In this document: in pieces, positions 55,626 to 64,000 of the stretch
Layout: every line of letters begins with the position of its first letter
How positions within the stretch are numbered: the stretch's first letter is position 1
NCBI GenBank assembly: GCA_050251875.1
Contig: JBFWMA010000001.1
Coordinates: 401,587 to 465,586, forward strand
Length of the DNA: 64,000 nucleotides
Source: Deferribacterales bacterium
Lineage (GTDB): Bacteria; Chrysiogenota; Deferribacteres; Deferribacterales; Geovibrionaceae
Direction of reading: 5' to 3'
The notes under the pieces: model-generated
Database searches by the model: none
What the model was told of the DNA's origin: nothing
Seen by the model: only the letters and a program-made list of their open reading frames with translations
Made by a program: the position numbers and the translations under genes

Positions 55626-55709
55626 CCCCCTCTTTGTGAAGAGGGGCTAGGGGAGATTTCTTTATTTTTTAAGAAATCCCTCCCGTCCTCCCTTTTAGAA
55701 AGGGAGGGG
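55626..55709. repeat. Inverted doublet of CCCT/AGGG palindromic repeats
   Basis: CCCCTCTT-TGTG-AAGAGGGG..GGGAGATTTCTT facing AAGAAATCCC..CCTCCCTTT-TAG-AAAGGGAGG; second copy at 60759. Confidence 0.7.
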
Positions 55710-55723
55710 TAATACACTAACTT

Positions 55724-55850
55724 AACTTCATGGATGAAGTTCGTGGAACGAGCGAGTGCGCTTTTAGCGTGTGAGCGAGTGGAACGTGAGTGAAGCCGGG
55801 TTTCATCCCTGGCGTAACGGTATCTAAAATTTTCTAGGACAGAAAATTTT
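55724..55850 (+). promoter_or_regulatory. Structured fliH leader with GGA-looped hairpins
   Basis: AACTTCA-TGGA-TGAAGTT (55724-55741), AAAATTTTCT-AGGAC-AGAAAATTTT (55826-55850), duplicated GTGGAACG and GAGCGAGT. Confidence 0.4.
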
Positions 55851-55861
55851 TGCAGGGTGCA

Positions 55862-56734
55862 ATGTCCAGAATCATTAAAGACGACAAACTCAATCCCAAA
55901 AAACTGCGCAGCTTCGACTACACGGTATATGCCGATGTGGAGCGGGGCGAAAAGATACAGAAGCTGATAAAAGTCGGAGAGATGGACTATGTCCCCGGCG
56001 AGACATCATATAATGTCGGCAGCTTTGACGAGGACGTGGAACTGCACAGAGCCATAGTGGTGCAGGACGAGTCTGTGAAGAGCAAGAAATATGAGCCCCA
56101 ATCCTTTGACGAGGAACCGAAAGAGCTGATAAAACAGTCCGAACCGGAGCCTCTGACCGAACCTGAACCGGAGCCGGAGCCCGAACAGCCCGCCATCACG
56201 GAAGAGGAACTGGAAGCCATCCGCAAAGAGGCGTATCAGAAGGGTATGGCGGACGGTCTGTCCCGTGGGATAGCGGACGGCGAACAGAAGGCCAGAAGGG
56301 AATACGAGGCTCAGAAGTCCGATTATCTGGCGAAATTGCAGGAAACATACAACAGCGTACTGGCTGAGATGGACGTATATAAAAAGGCGGTGGCTCAGCT
56401 GGACGAGGAACTGCCGGATATGATCGCTTCTATGGTTACGGATATCATCGGCACAGAACGCAAGCTGAACGACAAACTGGTGGTTTCCATCACTAAGAAC
56501 AGTCTTCAGCATTTAAAAGAAATGGACAAGATTATCTTCATGGTGAACCCCGATGATGTGGGAACTATGACGGATGTCTTTCCGGAATACGAAACCCAGC
56601 CCGACAGAACAGTTGTGAAGGGCAGCCTGAAAGTTCAGACAAACATCGGAGAGCTGAATTTCTGCATACAGAAGATGCTTGAGGAGTTTGTGGATAGAAT
56701 ACATGAAGAATTTAGCACGCCTGAAGAAAGTTGA
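55862..56734 (+). CDS. fliH: Flagellar assembly protein FliH
   Basis: Between fliG and fliI; AYQKGMADGLSRGIADG GxxxG repeats, VNPDD; likely ATG 55862. Confidence 0.88.
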   Translation: MSRIIKDDKLNPKKLRSFDYTVYADVERGEKIQKLIKVGEMDYVPGETSYNVGSFDEDVELHRAIVVQDESVKSKKYEPQSFDEEPKELIKQSEPEPLTEPEPEPEPEQPAITEEELEAIRKEAYQKGMADGLSRGIADGEQKARREYEAQKSDYLAKLQETYNSVLAEMDVYKKAVAQLDEELPDMIASMVTDIIGTERKLNDKLVVSITKNSLQHLKEMDKIIFMVNPDDVGTMTDVFPEYETQPDRTVVKGSLKVQTNIGELNFCIQKMLEEFVDRIHEEFSTPEES

Positions 56735-58010
56735 TAACAAACCATCCATACAGTTTAAAGGCAAGGTGACGAAGATTGTCGGTCTCACTATCGAGGCGGA
56801 CGGTCCCCTTCTGGGCATCGGCACCAGATGCCGGATAGAAGGCTATGACGGCAGAGAGATCCTCGCCGAGATCATAGGGTTCAAGGACGACAGGATCATT
56901 CTGATGCCATATGGCGAGAGTGAGGGCATCGCCCCCGGAAGCCCCGTGGTGAACGAATCATACGGCAACACGGTAAAGGTCTGCGATGGTCTTCTGGGGC
57001 GTGTTCTGGATGCTCTGGGAAATCCCATGGACGGAAAAGGACCCATCAGGGACTTTAAGCTGGTGAATGTATATAACACCCCTCCGCAGGCTCTGGACAG
57101 AGAGATAATCAAAGACCCGATATCCACCGGGATAAAGACCATAGACAACCTGATAACCGTGGGAACCGGACAGAGGGTGGGCATATTCGCCGGTTCCGGT
57201 GTGGGAAAATCAGTTACGCTGGGCATGATAGCGAGAAACACCAACGCTGACGTCAACGTCATAGCGCTCATAGGAGAGCGGGGACGTGAGGTGCGTGAGT
57301 TCATAGAGAGAGATTTGGGCGAGGAAGGGCTGAAAAGGAGCGTGGTGGTGGTTGCTACGTCCGACCAGTCCGCTCTGGTGAGAAAGCTGGGAGCCTTTGT
57401 CGGCACAGCCATAGCCGAATATTTCAGGGAACAGGGCAAAAACGTAATGCTGATGATGGATTCCGTGACACGTTTTGCCATGGCTCAGAGAGAGATCGGG
57501 CTCACCGTGGGCGAACCGCCCACCACAAAGGGCTATACCCCGTCTGTTTTCGGGCTTCTGCCGAAACTGCTGGAGAGAGCCGGAACCAAAAAAGGCAAAG
57601 GAACAATAACAGGTCTCTACACCGTTCTGGTGGAGGCTGACGATATGAACGACCCGGTGGGGGACACCGTGCGTTCGATTATTGACGGTCACATCGTGCT
57701 GTCGAGGGCGCTCGCCGGAAAGAACCACTACCCCGCCATAGACGTTCTGAACAGCGCCAGCCGTCTGATGAAAGAGATAGTTGACGAAAAACAGTTCGAC
57801 AATGCGGGGCACCTGCGTGACCTGCTGGCAACATATAACGAGGCGGAAGACCTCATTAACATCGGGGCGTATGTGAAAGGAAGCAACCCGAAGATCGATG
57901 AGTCGCTGGCGAAGATAAACGATATCAACGGCTTTCTGCGCCAGAAGATAGATGAGTCATTCAGCATGGAAGACAGCGCCGCCATGCTGGACAAAATCAT
58001 TAACGGCTGA
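56703..58010 (+). CDS. fliI: Flagellar export ATPase FliI
   Basis: GQRVGIFAGSGVGKS, IGERGREVREF, MDSVTRFAMAQREIGL, HYPAID; likely ATG 56703. Confidence 0.96.
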   Translation: MKNLARLKKVDNKPSIQFKGKVTKIVGLTIEADGPLLGIGTRCRIEGYDGREILAEIIGFKDDRIILMPYGESEGIAPGSPVVNESYGNTVKVCDGLLGRVLDALGNPMDGKGPIRDFKLVNVYNTPPQALDREIIKDPISTGIKTIDNLITVGTGQRVGIFAGSGVGKSVTLGMIARNTNADVNVIALIGERGREVREFIERDLGEEGLKRSVVVVATSDQSALVRKLGAFVGTAIAEYFREQGKNVMLMMDSVTRFAMAQREIGLTVGEPPTTKGYTPSVFGLLPKLLERAGTKKGKGTITGLYTVLVEADDMNDPVGDTVRSIIDGHIVLSRALAGKNHYPAIDVLNSASRLMKEIVDEKQFDNAGHLRDLLATYNEAEDLINIGAYVKGSNPKIDESLAKINDINGFLRQKIDESFSMEDSAAMLDKIING

Positions 58011-58438
58011 TGAAAAGGGAATTCAGGCTCCAGAAGGTGCTGGAGTACAGAGAGCGCATAGTCACCATAGAGAAGGCTAAGCTGGCTGATCTGCACACCC
58101 GTCTGCTGGAGAACAGAAACAGCATACTCGCCATACAGAACGAGGCATCGGCAAAGCTGACCGAGATGGAGACCGCTGACACCGCCATCCTTTTTATGTA
58201 TGATAAATATCTGAAATCGCTGGCGGAGAAAAAAGCCGCTCTGGTGAAGATGAAAAAACAGATAGAAATGACGATAGAACTTCAGAAAAAGAAGGTTATG
58301 GAAGCCATCGACCGCCACAAGGTGATGGAAAAACTGAAAGAGAAGCATGTGGAAAATTTCCGCTCGTATCTGAATAAAGAGGAGATGAAGCTCATTGACG
58401 AGCTCGCCATCTCGAGGAGTGCCAGAAATAATGAATAG
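58010..58438 (+). CDS. fliJ: Flagellar export chaperone FliJ
   Basis: FRLQKVLEYR start, coiled coil, EMKLIDELA end; follows fliI. Confidence 0.85.
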   Translation: MKREFRLQKVLEYRERIVTIEKAKLADLHTRLLENRNSILAIQNEASAKLTEMETADTAILFMYDKYLKSLAEKKAALVKMKKQIEMTIELQKKKVMEAIDRHKVMEKLKEKHVENFRSYLNKEEMKLIDELAISRSARNNE

Positions 58439-58949
58439 ATATCATCTTAAAAATAATCTCGTGCCTTTGGCTGTGTTTTTGTCTGTCATTTTTTTCTGCG
58501 CGGTTTTTACGGCTTCCGCCGAATCGCTCGCCGATCTTCAGGCGATATCCAAATCGCTGGATAAGAGAAAGCTGGAGCTGGACAAGCGGGAGAAGGATAT
58601 CAGAACCAAAGAGGAGCGTCTGAAAGCTCTGGAAGACAGCCTCATTCAGAAAGATATAGAGATCAGAAAGATGCAGGACAGCATCGTTGCCCGCCTGAAA
58701 GAGATCAAAATTCAGGAAGATAAAAATCTGGATAAACTGGCGAAGGATTACGGCTCCGCCAAAGCAAAATCAGCGGCGCAGGTTATAGTTAAGATGGATA
58801 TAGAAAAATCAGTTCAGCTTTTTCAGCGTTTGCCCAGCATGACGGCGGGAAAAATTCTGTCCGCCATGGGCACGATAGACCCGGAATACGCCGCTAAATT
58901 GTCCGAAAAGCTGACTCCCGACAAGATACAGGGGATAAATGCGCAGTAA
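58431..58949 (+). CDS. MotE/FlbB-like flagellar protein (coiled coil + MgtE-N-like domain)
   Basis: N-terminal TM/signal, coiled coil, AGKILSAM..PEYAAKLS; position after fliJ. Confidence 0.7.
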   Translation: MNRYHLKNNLVPLAVFLSVIFFCAVFTASAESLADLQAISKSLDKRKLELDKREKDIRTKEERLKALEDSLIQKDIEIRKMQDSIVARLKEIKIQEDKNLDKLAKDYGSAKAKSAAQVIVKMDIEKSVQLFQRLPSMTAGKILSAMGTIDPEYAAKLSEKLTPDKIQGINAQ

Positions 58950-59532
58950 CAGAAACATCTACGGCGTGACATCATCTCCCCTGCACGCACTGGCGGCGGA
59001 GCTGAAGACACCGTCCGTGGAGATTGACGTGGGGCTGTTTCTGCGGTTTTTCTGCAAAACGGCTAAACCAAAAAAAATTCTGGAGATCGGCTGCGGAATC
59101 GGCGTCTCCACCAGATATATGGCAGAAGCGGCACCTGATGCTGAAATCACCGCTCTGGATCACAACCATGTGCGTCTGGCGCAGGCGAAAAAGATCGCCG
59201 GCGGTATAGAAAATATTACATTTGTTCAGTCTGAAGGCGTTGAGTTTATGCGGAACTCCGCCGAAAAATATGACCTGATATTTATAGATTCTGTCAAAAA
59301 AGATTATCCCGTGATGTACCATTACGCTGAACAGCTCCTGACAGACAGCGGAGCGGTGATAATGGACGATGTGTTCTGCTATGGATATATCTTTTGCGAA
59401 GACTGCGAGATTCCCGAAAAATACCGGGCGCTGGCGGGCGTTTTCAGAGATTTTCTGCACAGAATAAAAAACACGAGAGACCACAGCGTCCTGCCCATAG
59501 GCGGCGGGGTGCTGGTGACATACAGAGGATAG
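58939..59532 (+). CDS. SAM-dependent O-methyltransferase (TrmR/YrrM-like)
   Basis: KILEIGCGIGVS, YDLIFIDSVK, LPIGGG; adjacent to a U32 gene. Confidence 0.8.
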   Translation: MRSNRNIYGVTSSPLHALAAELKTPSVEIDVGLFLRFFCKTAKPKKILEIGCGIGVSTRYMAEAAPDAEITALDHNHVRLAQAKKIAGGIENITFVQSEGVEFMRNSAEKYDLIFIDSVKKDYPVMYHYAEQLLTDSGAVIMDDVFCYGYIFCEDCEIPEKYRALAGVFRDFLHRIKNTRDHSVLPIGGGVLVTYRG

Positions 59533-59533
59533 G

Positions 59534-60757
59534 ATGAAAAAACCTGAGCTTTTGGCTCCGGCGGGCAGTTTCGATAAGATGGAGGCGGCGGTGCTTTACG
59601 GCGCTGACGCTGTATATTTCGCCGGAAGCGGATTCGGACTGCGTGCCCGGGCGGGCAATTTTGAGCCGGACGAGATGGAAAAAGCCCTGAAATATCTGCA
59701 CGACAGAGGCAGAAAGGGCTATGTGACTGTGAACGCTTATCTGAAAAACAACGAATTTGACGGGCTGGAGGATTATCTCCATAAACTCAGCGAGATAAAA
59801 CCGGACGCCCTTATCATATCCGACCCCGGCGTGTTTGCCACCGCCAGAAAACACGCTCCGAACATCCCCATACACATCAGCACTCAGGCGAACGTTACCA
59901 ACCTTCAGACGGTGGAGTTCTGGCACAGTCTGGGCGCCGAGAGGGTGATTCTGGCGAGGGAGCTGAGCCGGGACGAGATAGCGCAGATATGCAGAAGCTC
60001 CGCCTGCGAGGTGGAGGTTTTCGTGCACGGCGCCATGTGCATCTCCATGTCCGGCAGATGCCTGATGAGCAACTATATGACAGGCAGGGACGCTAACGCC
60101 GGAGACTGCGCCCAGTCGTGCAGATGGAAATATTCGCTGGTGGAATCCACCCGTGAGGGACAGTATTTTCCCATCGAGCAGGATGAGCGAGGGACATATT
60201 TCTACAACAGCAAAGACCTGTGTCTGCTCGACCATGTGGGCGAGCTGGCGGACATGGGTGTGAAGAGCCTCAAGATTGAGGGACGCATGAAGAGCATCAT
60301 GTATGTGTCTGTCATCACAGGCGTATACAGAAAAGCCATAGACAGAGCCGCCGAGGGCAATTATGAGGTAGACCCTGAGTGGGTGCGCCTGATAAAGAGC
60401 GTCAGCCACAGGGAATATACCGAGGCTTTCTATGACGGAGAGGCCGGAACGGAGAGCATGAATTACGGCACGAACTCATATGTGAGGGGATGCGAGTTTC
60501 TGGCTCTGGCGCTTTATCACCACGAACTGGGAACTGTCATAGAGGCGAAGGCGAAATTTCATCCGGACGAGGCGGTGAGCGTTCTGGGACCTGATATGTG
60601 CGAGGTGGATATTCTGGTGAGCAAACTTCTGGACATGAACGGCAACGAACAGCCGAACACCAAGCCCGCCATGAAATATATCCTGAAAGGAATAAAGCTG
60701 GATGAGGGAAGCATCATCCGCAGGCACGAAAAAGGCGACCATAAACTCAGTGAATAA
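59534..60757 (+). CDS. Peptidase U32 family Fe-S protein, TrhP/YegQ-like tRNA hydroxylation protein
   Basis: PELLAPAG, YGADAVY, HISTQAN, LAREL, HGAMCISMSGRC..GDCAQSCRW, SKDLC, SLKIEGRMKS. Confidence 0.88.
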   Translation: MKKPELLAPAGSFDKMEAAVLYGADAVYFAGSGFGLRARAGNFEPDEMEKALKYLHDRGRKGYVTVNAYLKNNEFDGLEDYLHKLSEIKPDALIISDPGVFATARKHAPNIPIHISTQANVTNLQTVEFWHSLGAERVILARELSRDEIAQICRSSACEVEVFVHGAMCISMSGRCLMSNYMTGRDANAGDCAQSCRWKYSLVESTREGQYFPIEQDERGTYFYNSKDLCLLDHVGELADMGVKSLKIEGRMKSIMYVSVITGVYRKAIDRAAEGNYEVDPEWVRLIKSVSHREYTEAFYDGEAGTESMNYGTNSYVRGCEFLALALYHHELGTVIEAKAKFHPDEAVSVLGPDMCEVDILVSKLLDMNGNEQPNTKPAMKYILKGIKLDEGSIIRRHEKGDHKLSE

Positions 60758-60758
60758 G

Positions 60759-63555
<2,797 letters not shown>

Positions 63556-63574
63556 GCGCCGAGCAAAAATCATG

Positions 63575-63603
63575 TTGACAGAGGTAATATTAAAGTTTAA
63601 ATT
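63575..63603 (+). promoter_or_regulatory. sigma70 promoter of rho
   Basis: TTGACA-17bp-TAAATT, about 150 nt before the rho start. Confidence 0.55.
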
Positions 63604-63760
63604 CGCTTTGTTATTGCACACAGTCATGCAAGGCTTGCTACAGTTGTTCGTATCATAAAATCATACAGAAAAGTGAATCCTTTAGGCAAAAACCCGTTGT
63701 TATTTTTTATATGCAGATTTTTACCTGTGAACAATATTATACCTTTAAATGGAGAATAGC

Positions 63761-64000
63761 GTGAATCTTACCGATCTGAAGAAAAAAGCTATTGAAGAGC
63801 TTGTCACTATTGCTAATTCCGTAGGAATTGAAAACTCGGACGGACTCCTGAAACAGGAGCTCATCTTTGAAATCCTTAAACAGACCAGCGCTCAGAATGG
63901 GCAGATCTATGGTCAGGGCGTTCTGGAAATTCTGCCTGACGGCTTTGGTTTCCTCCGCTCACCTAACTATAACTACCTGCCCGGTCCTGATGATATATAT
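63761..64000 (+). CDS. rho: Transcription termination factor Rho (5' part, runs off the window)
   Basis: GTG after [13 protein letters not shown]...KQELIFEIL...[28 protein letters not shown]. Confidence 0.95.
   Translation, partial: MNLTDLKKKAIEELVTIANSVGIENSDGLLKQELIFEILKQTSAQNGQIYGQGVLEILPDGFGFLRSPNYNYLPGPDDIY

Noticed and set aside
56140..56190. EPEPEP repeat in FliH
   Set aside because: Ordinary low-complexity linker
59444..60409. 321-aa antisense ORF
   Set aside because: Shadow of the U32 gene

Overview
Bacterial chromosomal window, largely core genome. Gene content and style suggest an anaerobic diderm, possibly Deferribacterota (inference, not checked). In order: (1) the 3' part of a large RTX/vWA/cadherin-like adhesin converging on a complete Lap-type operon (TolC-OmpA fusion LapE, LapG protease, degenerate GGDEF/EAL LapD, LapB, LapC, LuxR-family regulator); (2) accessory genes (tyrosine/dual-specificity phosphatase, Na+/alanine symporter, alkaline-phosphatase-family protein, TetR with a divergent aldo-keto reductase, an unlisted 48-aa lipoprotein); (3) a TCA cluster (divergent class I and class II fumarases, acnB, monomeric icd, mdh, sucCD, korDABC) interleaved with an OmpA protein, a cyclase, a PBP-PAS histidine kinase and an HD-GYP protein; (4) an MCP, two NifB/NifX-family genes, a DsrE protein, uvrC, an unknown beta-barrel protein, cpoB and cheV; (5) a long + strand run: TPR protein, FlrB/FlrC-like two-component pair, sigma54 promoter, flgBC-fliEFGHIJ, MotE-like protein, O-methyltransferase, U32 tRNA hydroxylase, ligA, PDRP and the start of rho. 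I found no rRNA, tRNA, CRISPR array, transposase or integrase. The least explained signals are non-coding: several palindromic repeat families (GTAG REPs with a loop insertion in a 48-bp tandem array, CGTC REPs, CCCT/AGGG doublets, an ERIC-like hairpin) that combine into mosaic elements at gene 3' ends, GGA-looped hairpins before fliH, a shared TGTATACA operator at acnB and icd, and three apparently leaderless genes.
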